Shown piece by piece: positions 47,205 through 58,245 of a stretch of DNA of 64,000 bases. Every line of letters begins with the position of its first letter. Positions within the stretch are counted from its first letter, which is position 1. This stretch comes from Bacteroidia bacterium (GTDB taxonomy: Bacteria > Bacteroidota > Bacteroidia > Bacteroidales > JAPLDU01): assembly GCA_026391255.1 (NCBI GenBank), contig JAPLDU010000069.1:367-64366 (forward strand), read 5' to 3'. Below the pieces are notes generated by a model, which saw nothing but the letters and a program-made list of their open reading frames with translations, was not told where the DNA came from and ran no database searches. The position numbers and the translations under genes were made by a program.

Positions 47205-48179
47205 ATGAAGGTTGCCGCCGGGATCGACATAGGAGGAACTAACAGTGTCTTCGGAATAGTTGATTCCGGCGGTAATTGCATAAACTCAGGAACTATCGAT
47301 ACTGAATTATATGATGATCCTGAAAAATTTGTTTCCGATGTGTATCAGGACATTTGTGGTTTGATGGAGCAGCTACCTGCCGGTTCGTCACTTGAAGGCA
47401 TTGGTATAGGCGCTCCCAAAGGCAACTACTTTAACGGGTGCATTGAGTATGCTTCCAATCTTAAATGGAAAGGCAAGATACCTCTTGCCGGGATGTTCAG
47501 AAAATATGTAAGTGTACCGGTTGTCCTGACCAATGATGCCAATGCTGCGGCCGTTGGCGAGATGCTTTATGGCGCTGCAAAAGGGATGAAAGATTTTATT
47601 CTTATTACCCTCGGAACAGGTGTAGGAAGCGGTATTGTGATAAACGGCCAGTTGGTTTACGGTCACGATGGTTTTGCCGGTGAACTGGGACATACCATTA
47701 TCGATCCTGAAGGACGCATGTGCAGTTGCGGTCGCAAAGGCTGCCTCGAAACCTATACCTCCGCCCGGGGGATTAAACAAACTGCGAGGGAATTGCTTGA
47801 AACAAGCAATACTGAGAGCATCCTGAGAAGTGTACCTCCTGAAAGTATCAGTTCACGTATGATCGCTGATGCTGCTTTGCAAAATGACCAGCTTGCACTT
47901 AAAGTGTTCGACTTTACAGGTAAAATGCTCGGCCTGAAATTATCTGATGCAGTCGCCTTTTCCAGCCCGGAAGCCATCATACTTTTCGGAGGCGTGGCTC
48001 TTGCCGGTGACCTGATATTAAAGCCTGCAAAAAAGTATATGGAAGAATACCTGCTCCCGGTTTACCGGAATAAGGTGAAAATTATTCCATCAATGCTTTA
48101 TGCTAAAAATGCTGCTGTGCTCGGCGCTGCTTCACTTGCCTGGAATGAAATTAATGGAAATATGAGTGATGAATTATGA
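47205..48179 (+). CDS. ROK family sugar kinase (glucokinase-like)
   Basis: GIDIGGT, NDANAAAVGE, TLGTGVGSG, GELGH, CSCGRKGCLE. Confidence 0.95.
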   Translation: MKVAAGIDIGGTNSVFGIVDSGGNCINSGTIDTELYDDPEKFVSDVYQDICGLMEQLPAGSSLEGIGIGAPKGNYFNGCIEYASNLKWKGKIPLAGMFRKYVSVPVVLTNDANAAAVGEMLYGAAKGMKDFILITLGTGVGSGIVINGQLVYGHDGFAGELGHTIIDPEGRMCSCGRKGCLETYTSARGIKQTARELLETSNTESILRSVPPESISSRMIADAALQNDQLALKVFDFTGKMLGLKLSDAVAFSSPEAIILFGGVALAGDLILKPAKKYMEEYLLPVYRNKVKIIPSMLYAKNAAVLGAASLAWNEINGNMSDEL

Positions 48180-48231
48180 GTGATGAGTGATGAGTGAAAA
48201 GTAATTAATATGAGGATTTGTGATTTTTGAT

Positions 48232-48381
48232 TCTCATGACTCTCATGACGTTCATGACTCTCATGACTCTCATGACTCTCATGACGTTTATGACGTTCAT
48301 GACTCTCATGACGTTCATGACTCTCATGACGTTCATGACTCTCATGACATTCATGACGTTCATGACTCTCATGACGTTCAT
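48232..48381. repeat. 9-bp tandem repeat (TCATGACTC/TCATGACGT), ~16 units
   Basis: Direct reading. Confidence 0.95.
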
Positions 48382-48418
48382 CACCCACATAACGATTAAC
48401 AACTGATCCAAAATAATT

Positions 48419-50716
48419 ATGAAAATTAAATATTTACTTGTCAACATAATTTTATTGATTAGTGTATCAGTATTCAGTGAAGTTGGAGACACGATTGCTC
48501 TAATCCCGAAACCCGTCAAAGCAGAATTTTATGCCGGTAAAGAAACGTTCCATATAACGCCTGCCACGGTTATTGTTGCACGCAGCCATTCTGCCAGATC
48601 CGATGCTCAGATTTTCAATGATTACCTCTTGCAGTATTACGGCATAAGGTTAAAAATCAAATTCTTCTGTTTTTCCGGGAAAAATGTAATCCGGCTATTG
48701 CATAAGCACCATACCAGGCACCATGAATCTTATATAATGAATGTCAGTAAATCAGGCATAATAATTAAAGGTGATAAATCGGGTATTTTTTATGGATTAC
48801 AGACTCTCAAACAGTTATTACCGGTTGAAAAATCTGCCGGCTTATCAGTACCAGCCTGCAATATCACAGATTATCCCCGGTATTCATGGCGTGGCATGCA
48901 TCTCGATGTTGGCCGCCATTTCTTTCCAAAAGAATTTATTGAGAAATACATTGATTACCTGGCTCAGTACAAAATGAACACATTTCACTGGCACCTGACT
49001 GAGGACCAGGGCTGGCGCATCGAGATCAAAAAGTATCCGAAACTGACAGAGATCGGCGCCTGGAGAGATAGTACCCTGATCGGTTCTTATAGTTCCATGC
49101 CTCATAAGTTTGATCATCAGAAATACGGAGGATTTTATTCACAGGATGATGTACGCGAAATTGTTGAATATGCCAGGAAAAGGCATATTACGATAGTTCC
49201 GGAAATTGAAATGCCAGGACATTCGCAGGCGGCACTGGCTTCTTATCCTGAATTGTCATGCACCGGCGAAAAACTGGGTGTTGCGCCACTCTGGGGAGTG
49301 TTCGATGATGTTTATTGTACTAAGGATCAGACAATAAAATTTCTCGAAGATGTGCTAACGGAAGTAATTCAATTATTTCCGGGAAAATACATTCATATCG
49401 GAGGAGATGAAGTTCCGAAATCAAGATGGACAAACTGTCCTCAATGCCAGGCTGTGATGAAGAGAGAGAAGCTGAAAGATGAAAATGAACTTCAGAGTTA
49501 TTTCATCAGGAGAATTGAGAAATTTCTGAACTCGAAAGGGAAAACCCTGATTGGCTGGGACGAAATTCTTGAAGGAGGCCTTGCCCCCAAAGCTGCTGTG
49601 ATGTCGTGGAGAGGAACGGAAGGTGGAATTGCGGCTGCCAGGCAGTTTCATGATGTAGTGATGACCCCCGGTTCGTATTGTTATTTTGATCATTGCCAGG
49701 GAAACCCGCGCTATGAGCCGCTTGCATTCGGCGGATATACCACCGTGGAAAAAGTCTATTCCTACAACCCGACACCCGACGAACTCACCCCTGACCAGCA
49801 AAAGCATATCCTCGGCGCCCAGGGAAATGTATGGACAGAATATATAGATAGTCCGCAAAAGGTTGAATACATGATATTCCCACGTATCTGTGCCCTGTCA
49901 GAAGTGGACTGGACTCCCTTGTCAGAAAAAAACTATGATGATTTCAAAGGCAGGCTGATCAGGCATTTCAATCTGCTTGACAATTATCACATAAACTATT
50001 CACGGGCACTATATGAAATGAAACTTATTCCAATGCCTTCTTCCGGCGGACAGGGTGTGAACTGTCAGATACTTGCCGCTTCGGGTACAGGTTCGGAAGG
50101 TATTGTTTACACACTTGATGGTTCCACACCGGTTGATAAATCAATAAAGTACACTGGTCCTGTTGAAATAAAAAAATCCTCAACACTTAAAACGGCCTGG
50201 TTTAAGGGTGGTAAACAAAAAGGATATACCATTGAACAACAATTTATTATTAATAAGGCTACGGGTAAAAAAATTACTCTTGCAAATCCTCCTGATGACA
50301 GGTATAATACCGGTGGTGCATTTACACTTGTTGATGGAATCTGGGGAATTATCCCCTGGTTTGGAATGGAATGGCTTGGCTTCAGCGGAAAAGACCTAGA
50401 TGCAGTCATTGATCTTGGCTCTGAACAGTCAGTTTCAAAGATTACTGTGGATGTGTTAAACGCGGAAAATAGCTGGATTTACCTGCCAGCAAGCGTTGAA
50501 GCACTTATTTCCGGTGATGGTATAAATTTTACCAGTATTAAAAAGGTTTCTGCTGATGAAATTAAACGTCTGAACAGGGCTGTTGTCATGGACATTCCTC
50601 CGTCTAAGGCCAGGTATGTGAAAATTGTTGCAAAGAATCTTGGTAAAATACCTGTTGGTAAACCTGGTGAAGGCAATGATGCATGGTTGTTTGTGGATGA
50701 AATAGCCGTTGAATAA
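48419..50716 (+). CDS. Beta-N-acetylhexosaminidase (GH20)
   Basis: DYPRYSWRGMHLDVGRHFF, HWHLTEDQGWRIEI, HIGGDE. Confidence 0.97.
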   Translation: MKIKYLLVNIILLISVSVFSEVGDTIALIPKPVKAEFYAGKETFHITPATVIVARSHSARSDAQIFNDYLLQYYGIRLKIKFFCFSGKNVIRLLHKHHTRHHESYIMNVSKSGIIIKGDKSGIFYGLQTLKQLLPVEKSAGLSVPACNITDYPRYSWRGMHLDVGRHFFPKEFIEKYIDYLAQYKMNTFHWHLTEDQGWRIEIKKYPKLTEIGAWRDSTLIGSYSSMPHKFDHQKYGGFYSQDDVREIVEYARKRHITIVPEIEMPGHSQAALASYPELSCTGEKLGVAPLWGVFDDVYCTKDQTIKFLEDVLTEVIQLFPGKYIHIGGDEVPKSRWTNCPQCQAVMKREKLKDENELQSYFIRRIEKFLNSKGKTLIGWDEILEGGLAPKAAVMSWRGTEGGIAAARQFHDVVMTPGSYCYFDHCQGNPRYEPLAFGGYTTVEKVYSYNPTPDELTPDQQKHILGAQGNVWTEYIDSPQKVEYMIFPRICALSEVDWTPLSEKNYDDFKGRLIRHFNLLDNYHINYSRALYEMKLIPMPSSGGQGVNCQILAASGTGSEGIVYTLDGSTPVDKSIKYTGPVEIKKSSTLKTAWFKGGKQKGYTIEQQFIINKATGKKITLANPPDDRYNTGGAFTLVDGIWGIIPWFGMEWLGFSGKDLDAVIDLGSEQSVSKITVDVLNAENSWIYLPASVEALISGDGINFTSIKKVSADEIKRLNRAVVMDIPPSKARYVKIVAKNLGKIPVGKPGEGNDAWLFVDEIAVE

Positions 50717-50729
50717 AATCATTCGGATT

Positions 50730-52154
50730 ATGAAAAAGCTAACTATTTTGACGATTTTAATTATTGTCGGAAACCTGTCATTTTCTCAGGATAATAGCTA
50801 TGTTTCTCCTGCTGATCCATTGGTGTCAGTAAAACTGGAACACTGGAAGGATTGGAAATTCGGACTATTGATGCATTGGGGAACTTACAGTCAGTGGGGT
50901 ATTGTTGAATCATGGTCATTGTGCGGCGAAGATGAAGGCTGGTGCCAGAGAAAAGGACCATTTTCATCCGATTATTACCAGTATAAAAAAGCATATGAAA
51001 ACCTGGTGACCACTTTTAACCCGGTGATGTTTGATCCTGATAAATGGGCAATGGCAGCCAGGTTTGCAGGTATGAAATATGTAGTGTTCACAACCAAGCA
51101 CCACGATGGTTTCTGCATGTTCAATACACATCAAACCGATTACAAAATCACATCAAAATCATGCCCGTTCAATAGTAATCCCAGGGCTAACATAACACAG
51201 GAAATATTCAGATCATTCAGGAAACAGGGATTTGGCATCGGGGCTTATTTCTCAAAACCTGACTGGCACAGCAACGATTATTGGTGGCCCTATTTTCCGG
51301 CTGCCGATCGGAATGTAAATTATGATCCGGTGAAATATCCTGAGGTGTGGCAGAGATTCAGGGACTTTACTTTCAACCAGATCAAAGAACTGATGTCTGA
51401 CTATGGTAACATCGATATTTTGTGGCTCGATGGGGGATGGGTAAGGCCGAAAAATAAACAGACCGAAGAATCAAAAAAATGGGTCAGTAAAATATACGAT
51501 CAGGATATTGACATGCCTTCCATTGCATCGATGGCCAGGTTGCTGCAACCCGGACTGATTATAGTAGACCGCAGCGTCCCCGGCGAGTTTGAGAATTACT
51601 GTACACCCGAACAGCAGGTTCCCGAAAAACCCCTGCCATATCCGTGGGAAACCTGCATGACCATGGCCACATCATGGTCGTACGTCCCGAACGATACTTA
51701 TAAACCTGCATTTGATCTTATTCAGCTTTTGGCTAAAATCGTTTCAAGAGGGGGTAATTTGTTGCTTAATATTGGTGTTAGTCCAACCGGGGAATGGGAT
51801 GATGAAGCATACAACAGATTGTACGAAATCGGCGATTGGATGAATGTAAACAGTGATGCATTATACGGAACAGAACCGGTAAAACCTTACCAGGAAAATA
51901 ATATCGTCTTTACACGTAAAAAAGATGGCTTCATTTATGCAATCTTCCTGGCCGGAAAAAGTGAAGAGACCTTGCCATCCCGGGTAGTCATCAGTTCTTT
52001 TCAACCAAAACAGGGCACAAATGTTTATATGATGGGTGAGGAAAATCCTCTCGTCTGGAAGAAACTCGGGAAAGGTTTTGTGATAGAAATTCCCGGCGAG
52101 CTGAGAGTGCTCCCTCCCTGTGAATATGCCTGGGCATTCAGGTTTACAAGGTGA
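50730..52154 (+). CDS. Alpha-L-fucosidase (GH29)
   Basis: KFGLLMHWG, TTKHHDGF, ILWLDG, WETCMT, GGNLLLNIG; ATG at 50730 preferred as start (signal peptide). Confidence 0.95.
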   Translation: MKKLTILTILIIVGNLSFSQDNSYVSPADPLVSVKLEHWKDWKFGLLMHWGTYSQWGIVESWSLCGEDEGWCQRKGPFSSDYYQYKKAYENLVTTFNPVMFDPDKWAMAARFAGMKYVVFTTKHHDGFCMFNTHQTDYKITSKSCPFNSNPRANITQEIFRSFRKQGFGIGAYFSKPDWHSNDYWWPYFPAADRNVNYDPVKYPEVWQRFRDFTFNQIKELMSDYGNIDILWLDGGWVRPKNKQTEESKKWVSKIYDQDIDMPSIASMARLLQPGLIIVDRSVPGEFENYCTPEQQVPEKPLPYPWETCMTMATSWSYVPNDTYKPAFDLIQLLAKIVSRGGNLLLNIGVSPTGEWDDEAYNRLYEIGDWMNVNSDALYGTEPVKPYQENNIVFTRKKDGFIYAIFLAGKSEETLPSRVVISSFQPKQGTNVYMMGEENPLVWKKLGKGFVIEIPGELRVLPPCEYAWAFRFTR

Positions 52155-52489
52155 AAGTCAGTAATGACTTAATTAGTGTCTGTCTTAATAGTCTTTTATA
52201 TTGATTTAAGAACAAGGATTAACGATTTTAGATTTCAGATTATCAGTTACTTCTAAAATCATTATTCGTTAACTTAGCGAAGCGATTTCACGAACACCTT
52301 AAAATATTAAAAATAGTTGTGAGTAATCAATATTCGTCATTCAAAATATTGAATATTATGGATAGACTCTTATTACTTTTGCGTCAATTGCGTCATTAGC
52401 GTTTAAAATATTGTTATTTTGTTTCAAGCTATGAATATGAATGAAACTAAATATATTTATATTATATTTTCAAAAATAAAATCAAACAT

Positions 52490-53341
52490 ATGAAGCTATT
52501 TTCCATTGAAACCGGGAATCTGAAACTTGACGGGGGAGCCATGTTCGGTGTGGTACCGAAAGTGATGTGGAACAAAATATATCCTGCCGATGAAAATAAC
52601 CTGTGCAACTGGATCATGAGGTGCCTGCTGATTGATATCGGCGACCGGGTGGTGCTGATTGACACCGGGATTGGAGATAAACAGGAACAAAAGTTCATGG
52701 CAAATTATTTCCTGAATGGCGATTATAACCTGGCCGGTTCCCTTGCAAAATACGGGTATACCATGGCAAGTGTAACGGATGTGATCCTTACTCACCTGCA
52801 TTTTGATCATTGCGGCGGGACAATCCGCTGGAACAAAGAGCACACGGGATATGAGCCGGCCTTTGAAAATGCAGCATTCCATACGAGCCGGCAGCAGTGG
52901 GAGTGGGCCACAAGTCCCAATAACAGGGAAAAAGCCTCGTTCCTGAAAGAAAATATCCTGCCCATTAGAGAATCCGGCAGGCTGAACCTGATCGAAAGCG
53001 ACTGCGAATTATTCCGCGGAGTATCTGTTCGTTTATTTCACGGGCATACAGATGGACAGGTGATCCCGTTCATTGATTATCATGGCAGAAAAATCGTGTA
53101 TATGGCAGACGTGCTGCCTTCCACGGCACACATACCTGTTCCTTATGTGATGAGTTATGATACCAGACCATTGATCACTCTCAAGGAAAAAGAAGAATTT
53201 CTGAATGAAGCAGTTGAAAAAAATTACACCCTGTTTTTTGAACATGACCTTTATCACGAGTGCTGCAGCCTGGAAATGACCCCAAAAGGCGTCAGGGTGA
53301 AGGATACATTTACGCTTGCTGAAGCCCTTGTGAACAATTGA
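52490..53341 (+). CDS. MBL-fold metallo-hydrolase
   Basis: LKLDGGAMFGVVPK, THLHFDHCGG, GHT. Confidence 0.93.
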   Translation: MKLFSIETGNLKLDGGAMFGVVPKVMWNKIYPADENNLCNWIMRCLLIDIGDRVVLIDTGIGDKQEQKFMANYFLNGDYNLAGSLAKYGYTMASVTDVILTHLHFDHCGGTIRWNKEHTGYEPAFENAAFHTSRQQWEWATSPNNREKASFLKENILPIRESGRLNLIESDCELFRGVSVRLFHGHTDGQVIPFIDYHGRKIVYMADVLPSTAHIPVPYVMSYDTRPLITLKEKEEFLNEAVEKNYTLFFEHDLYHECCSLEMTPKGVRVKDTFTLAEALVNN

Positions 53342-53560
53342 ACAAATGAACAATCGAACAAACGAACAATTAAACCAATGGTTCGCGGCTTGAGGCTGGA
53401 TGGGATTTTTTACCACTAAACTTGCAAAGAAGCCGAATGCTCACATTTAGCACATATATTCAAACGAAGCGCTTCATCATCGCAATCTGTCCTCAAAGTT
53501 TTGAAGTTAGAAGTTCGCACAAAATTTTTTCCGAAGCGGTAAATTATTCTGATTATCGTG

Positions 53561-54070
53561 TTATGAAGTCAATTTATTTCTTTGACTGCTCACATTTATT
53601 TGTTGTTTGTTCTCAGATTTTATGTCCATCCCATTTTGCAAAATCTGTTCAAATACAGTGGCGGCAGTCGCTATGACGACCGAGCCAAAAATAATGAGGA
53701 TGCCAATAAAAACCCCGCCTGCCCGGTCATCGCTATTGCTAAACATAATAAAGATTTCTCCTAACGCAACAAAACCAATGATAGTTAAAGCGCAATATTT
53801 TATAGTCCATAAAGCTTTCACTGCCTCCTGAGAGAAAGCTTTGTCTTGTCCAGCATATCTCAACACCTTGAATGCCTGATAGAGCGCCATGAAAAATGGA
53901 ATGGACGCAATATATGCATATGCCAGAAAGGGGTCTTTGAAATAGATTTCAATGAGCGTGGCGTGAGCGTTTCTGCCTTCAATGTGGGGTTCCCAAAGCA
54001 TAACTGCAAGAGCTCCAATGCCGATGAGCACATTGACCGCCTGAAGAAATATTATTGAGCTTCGTTTCAT
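53561..54070 (-). CDS. DUF2975 family membrane protein
   Basis: EPHIEGRNAHAT...DPFLAYAYIASIPFF..LYQAF pattern, four TM segments. Confidence 0.8.
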   Translation of the reverse strand: MKRSSIIFLQAVNVLIGIGALAVMLWEPHIEGRNAHATLIEIYFKDPFLAYAYIASIPFFMALYQAFKVLRYAGQDKAFSQEAVKALWTIKYCALTIIGFVALGEIFIMFSNSDDRAGGVFIGILIIFGSVVIATAATVFEQILQNGMDIKSENKQQINVSSQRNKLTS

Positions 54071-54227
54071 AAAAGAGTTATATTACTTGTTAGTTTTGCT
54101 ACTGTCACTTGTTAATAATGCTGTCACTAAGCGGTTGCCGATAACAAACAAATAATATTGTTTTATCATATGACACTTTATCCCCTTTTCACATTCTCAC
54201 ATTATCACATTCTCAATCTTCAAATTT

Positions 54228-55253
54228 TCAAATCTTCAAATCTTTATTCGTAGAAAGCATACCGCAGGCAGCAGAAATATCCTGACCGCGCGATTTCCTG
54301 ATAGTAGTGAGAATGCTCTTATCATTCAGGCTGTTTTTAAAGAGTTCGATGGAAGCCTCATCAGATGGGCGTAATGGTGAACCCGGTATTGGATGAAACC
54401 TGATCAGGTTGATACGGCATTTGATCTTGTTCAGCAACCTTGTCAGTTCTTTAATGTGCTTCGGCATGTCATTCACCCCTTTGAACATGATGTATTCGAA
54501 AGATATTCGTTGTTGCTTTGTGAAATCGTACTCCTGGATTGTTTTGATCATATCTGTGAGAGAATAGACATTCTCAACCGGCATTAGTTTGCTGCGTTCT
54601 TCTTCAAAAGGGGAGTGCAGGCTGATGGCAAGATGACATTTTGATTCCTCCATGAAACGAACAATAGCAGGAATGATACCTATAGTTGAAACCGTGATGC
54701 GGCGGGGGCTCATGGCATATCCGTAACCGGAAGTGAGAATTTCCAGGCTTTCAAGTACATTTTGAAGGTTATCAAATGGTTCGCCCATTCCCATGTACAC
54801 TATGTTGGTGATCTTGTCCTTTTCAGGAAGACTGTGAATCTGATTGATGATCTCGGTGGCAGTCAGATTACCGTGAAAACCCTGTTTCCCTGTCATACAA
54901 AACAGGCAGCCCATTTTGCATCCCACCTGTGTGGAAACACAAACAGTAAGTCTTTCCTTTTCAGGTATCACAGCCGTTTCAACGAATTTTCCATTGTGTG
55001 TTGGAAACAGGTATTTTTTTGTACCGTCGGCAGAAACTTCTTCCTTCACAGGAGGAAGTAAGCCTAAATCAAACCTTTCATTCAGTTTTTCGCGAACCTG
55101 CTTCGACAGGTTTGACATTTCGTCAATGGACGTGATCTTTTTTTTATATATCCAGTCAATTAACTGACGGGTAGCATATTTTGGCAAGGCTAATTCCCTG
55201 GCAATATTTTCAATTTCATCCGGCTTTTTGCCAAAAAGATGTTCTTTTCTCAT
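54228..55253 (-). CDS. rlmN: 23S rRNA m2A2503 / tRNA m2A37 radical SAM methyltransferase
   Basis: CVSTQVGCKMGCLFC, MGMGEP, AISLH, DISAACG. Confidence 0.97.
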   Translation of the reverse strand: MRKEHLFGKKPDEIENIARELALPKYATRQLIDWIYKKKITSIDEMSNLSKQVREKLNERFDLGLLPPVKEEVSADGTKKYLFPTHNGKFVETAVIPEKERLTVCVSTQVGCKMGCLFCMTGKQGFHGNLTATEIINQIHSLPEKDKITNIVYMGMGEPFDNLQNVLESLEILTSGYGYAMSPRRITVSTIGIIPAIVRFMEESKCHLAISLHSPFEEERSKLMPVENVYSLTDMIKTIQEYDFTKQQRISFEYIMFKGVNDMPKHIKELTRLLNKIKCRINLIRFHPIPGSPLRPSDEASIELFKNSLNDKSILTTIRKSRGQDISAACGMLSTNKDLKI

Positions 55254-55901
55254 TTAAAAATAGATTTCTGAAATAATGTTATCGAAGGGAATCCCTCTGC
55301 TGATAAGTAAATCCCTGGTGTCAACCACCATTTCTGCACTGCCGCAAAGATAATATTTTATGCTGACAGGTATCTCTTTTAAACGGGCCAGATAATCAGT
55401 AAGTCTTCCCTGATAAAAACCTTCAATTTTTTCAACTGTCGAACATTTGATATAATGATCTGATAAAAGTGTGCTGAATTCATGACTGAAAAAAAAGGAT
55501 TCAGCTTCCCTGTTGCCATGTATGAGAGTCTTATTATTGGTCATTCCGCTAAAAAACATGGAAACAAAAGGCGCAACACCCGTTCCATTGGCTATCCACC
55601 ATGCCGGCTCATCATTTCCGGTAAATGTACCAAAAGGTTCTGTTACCAGAAGTGGCGCTCCTGTTTGCAAATGTTGTAAATCAGGGGTAAGAAGCCCTTC
55701 AGGATTCACTTTATAAAGGATGCTGATATTCTTATCTTTGTTGCCACTTGCTATGCTGTAAAGACGGGGATCTTGCCCATGACTGTTACTGATTCCAACA
55801 ACCTGACCCGGAATGAAATCAAAATGACGTTGAAATGTTAACAGATATGTGCTTTTTGCTATGCAGGTATTTGTCAATATCCTTATTTCCGTGAGCTTCA
55901 T
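55254..55901 (-). CDS. FAD/NAD(P)-binding oxidoreductase (ferredoxin-NADP reductase-like)
   Basis: RLYSIAS, GLLT, IANGTGVAPF, YLCG. Confidence 0.9.
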   Translation of the reverse strand: MKLTEIRILTNTCIAKSTYLLTFQRHFDFIPGQVVGISNSHGQDPRLYSIASGNKDKNISILYKVNPEGLLTPDLQHLQTGAPLLVTEPFGTFTGNDEPAWWIANGTGVAPFVSMFFSGMTNNKTLIHGNREAESFFFSHEFSTLLSDHYIKCSTVEKIEGFYQGRLTDYLARLKEIPVSIKYYLCGSAEMVVDTRDLLISRGIPFDNIISEIYF

Positions 55902-55995
55902 AATAATCTGTATGGACTGATAAAAACAAGGATTACTGTGAATTGTTTGAATTGACGAATTTTAGCTATCACTATTTCAGAACTGAAATATTTTT

Positions 55996-56003
55996 TAGTT
56001 TTG
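55996..56003 (+). promoter_or_regulatory. Bacteroidota -7 box of tRNA-Gly
   Basis: TAGTTTTG(CA) 20 nt upstream of the tRNA. Confidence 0.55.
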
Positions 56004-56023
56004 CAAGCGAATTTTTCTTATAA

Positions 56024-56096
56024 GCGGGAATAGCTCAGTTGGCAGAGCATTAGCTTCCCAAGCTAAGGGTCGCGGGTTCGAATCCCGTTTCCCGCT
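56024..56096 (+). tRNA. tRNA-Gly(CCC)
   Basis: GCGGGAA/TTCCCGC acceptor stem, TTAGC-TTCCCAA-GCTAA anticodon arm, GGTTCGAATCC. Confidence 0.95.
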
Positions 56097-56261
56097 CACA
56101 TCAGATTGCACCTGTTTGCACTCAAAAGCCCCTGAAATAAGCACTTCATGGGCTTTTTTATTTTCAGCCTGAAAAATAAAAAAAGCAATTTAAAGCAGAT
56201 AAAAGCAAATAAATGCTATTTTTGTTAGTCGATTTGTTAGTCGATCTGTTAAAATAATTAT

Positions 56262-57476
56262 ATGAAAGCACATGTAAAATTAATTCTTGATTACCGAAGT
56301 AAAAGACTGGATGGTAATTGTCGGATCTCTTTGAGATTGACTCATCACAGAGTACCACTTTTAATCGGAACAGATTACCTTGTGAATCCCGATGATTGGG
56401 ATATAGAGGCATGTAGGATTAAACCCGGATGTAAATTGTACAAAAATCTTGTGAGGGTAAATAATGGCCTTACCCGTTTCAGAATGAATGCGGAAGAAGT
56501 TATTGATTATTTGACTTCACAAGGTGAAATTGACAATATCCCCCCTGCAGAACTTAAAATTAGAATTCTGAATAAGAATAAGAGATTTTCATTCAGGGAG
56601 TTCAATCAGAAAATTATTGAAGAATTAAAGATGTCAAACAAACTGGGAAATGCTTTTGCGTACGAGCAGGCACAGAAATTTCTCGACCGGAATACAAATA
56701 ACAGGGAACTCTACTTTGAAGACATTAATTATCAGTTACTAAAGAAGCTGGAAGCACAACATCTTTCCAGGAATAAGACATTGAACAGCCTGAGTTTTTA
56801 TTTACGTACTATTAGAGCAACCTATAACAGGGCTATCAAGGAAGGTCTGGTAAAACTTGATCTTTACCCATTTACCAATTACTCCATCAAAGAGACCAAA
56901 ACAGTAAAACGTGCCATCCGTAAAACAGACATTGAAAAAATCAGAGACATTGTACTGGAACCAAATAATCCACTGTGGCACGCCAGGAATTACTTCATGT
57001 TTTCATTTTATTGCATTGGAATGAACTTCTCCGACATGGCACAATTGAAGAAATCCAGCATTACTGAGGATCGAATGATTTATATCCGTGCAAAGACCGG
57101 AAAAGCTTATTCTGTCAAACTTACTGCACCTGCAAAAGAAATTTTATCTCATTACCTGATTGATCAGGCAGCAGATGATTATGTATTCCCGATAATAAAG
57201 CGAAATGGACTTGAATTACAGATGAAAGACATGCAGAATGACCGGAAGACCTTTAACAAGTATTTGAAACGACTTGGAAAGATGTGTGGTATAGAAGCCA
57301 ACCTTACATCATATGTTGCCCGTCATTCATGGGCAACCATAGCAAAAGACCTGAATGTTCCAATCAGTGTTATTTCTGAAGGTCTTGGACATGAAGACAT
57401 TAAAACCACCCAAATCTACCTGGATAGTTTCGATGCTGACGTAATTGATAAGGCAAACCAGTTGATCTCCGGATAA
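56262..57476 (+). CDS. Tyrosine recombinase/integrase
   Basis: FSFYCIGMNFSDM, YVARHSWAT, LGHEDIKTTQIY. Confidence 0.95.
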   Translation: MKAHVKLILDYRSKRLDGNCRISLRLTHHRVPLLIGTDYLVNPDDWDIEACRIKPGCKLYKNLVRVNNGLTRFRMNAEEVIDYLTSQGEIDNIPPAELKIRILNKNKRFSFREFNQKIIEELKMSNKLGNAFAYEQAQKFLDRNTNNRELYFEDINYQLLKKLEAQHLSRNKTLNSLSFYLRTIRATYNRAIKEGLVKLDLYPFTNYSIKETKTVKRAIRKTDIEKIRDIVLEPNNPLWHARNYFMFSFYCIGMNFSDMAQLKKSSITEDRMIYIRAKTGKAYSVKLTAPAKEILSHYLIDQAADDYVFPIIKRNGLELQMKDMQNDRKTFNKYLKRLGKMCGIEANLTSYVARHSWATIAKDLNVPISVISEGLGHEDIKTTQIYLDSFDADVIDKANQLISG

Positions 57477-57594
57477 GAAGTTGATAGCATTTTATTTCCT
57501 TTTACCGACTTTTACCCTACTTCACGGCATTTTATTGACTGCAACATATCAGGCAGTTCTATCATTGCAAAAATCAACATTTAAATGCAAAACA

Positions 57595-57912
57595 ATGAAG
57601 AACTTTACGCAATTAATGAATGTACCCGTTGAGGTATTTAATGAACTGGTAAGCAAACTTGAAAATATAGTCAGGCAGCTTGAAAAACCGGTACTACTAA
57701 ATCCCATGAGTGAACACTGGATTGATATTCCTGATACTTGTAAATTACTGAAGATTTCCAAGCGTACATTGCAGTCGTATCGTGATAATGGTATCCTTAG
57801 TTTTTCCAGGATTGGAGGGAAAATCTATTTTAAGGTAGCAGACCTCGAAGAACACCTGAAAAACAACTACGTCCGGGCATTTTCTTCAAAAAAGAACAAT
57901 TGTAATGAATGA
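57595..57912 (+). CDS. HTH_17/excisionase-like protein
   Basis: WIDIPDTCKLLKISKRTLQSYRDNG.LSFSRIGGKIYF; ATG at 57595 preferred over the TTG at 57481. Confidence 0.85.
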   Translation: MKNFTQLMNVPVEVFNELVSKLENIVRQLEKPVLLNPMSEHWIDIPDTCKLLKISKRTLQSYRDNGILSFSRIGGKIYFKVADLEEHLKNNYVRAFSSKKNNCNE

Positions 57913-58245
57913 AGCTAATACTGTAAATTAAATCATCATAGGTAAACACATATCCTTGTGGAAGTCTTTGTAATTTATCTATAATATTATCAGATGCTTA
58001 TTTATATTTGAAATCTGATTACAGAGATAAAAAATGTCAGGTAATTACCGGTAGTTACCTGACAAATAATTCTCATTTAGCTTATATAAATTTCCAATGC
58101 TTGCTATGAAACTTTTTTATCTGGCTTGATTTGTTTAACTTTACAAAATGATCCGGGTGTGATTATTTACCAATTTAGCATAATCCATATCTCCGAACTG
58201 GTTTAATAGTTAGAAGAATTTATATTATTGATAATATAGTAGCAT

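Noticed and set aside
48098-48519. ORFs with HERHES / MNVMRV repeats
   Set aside because: Translations of the 9-bp tandem repeat, antisense to real genes
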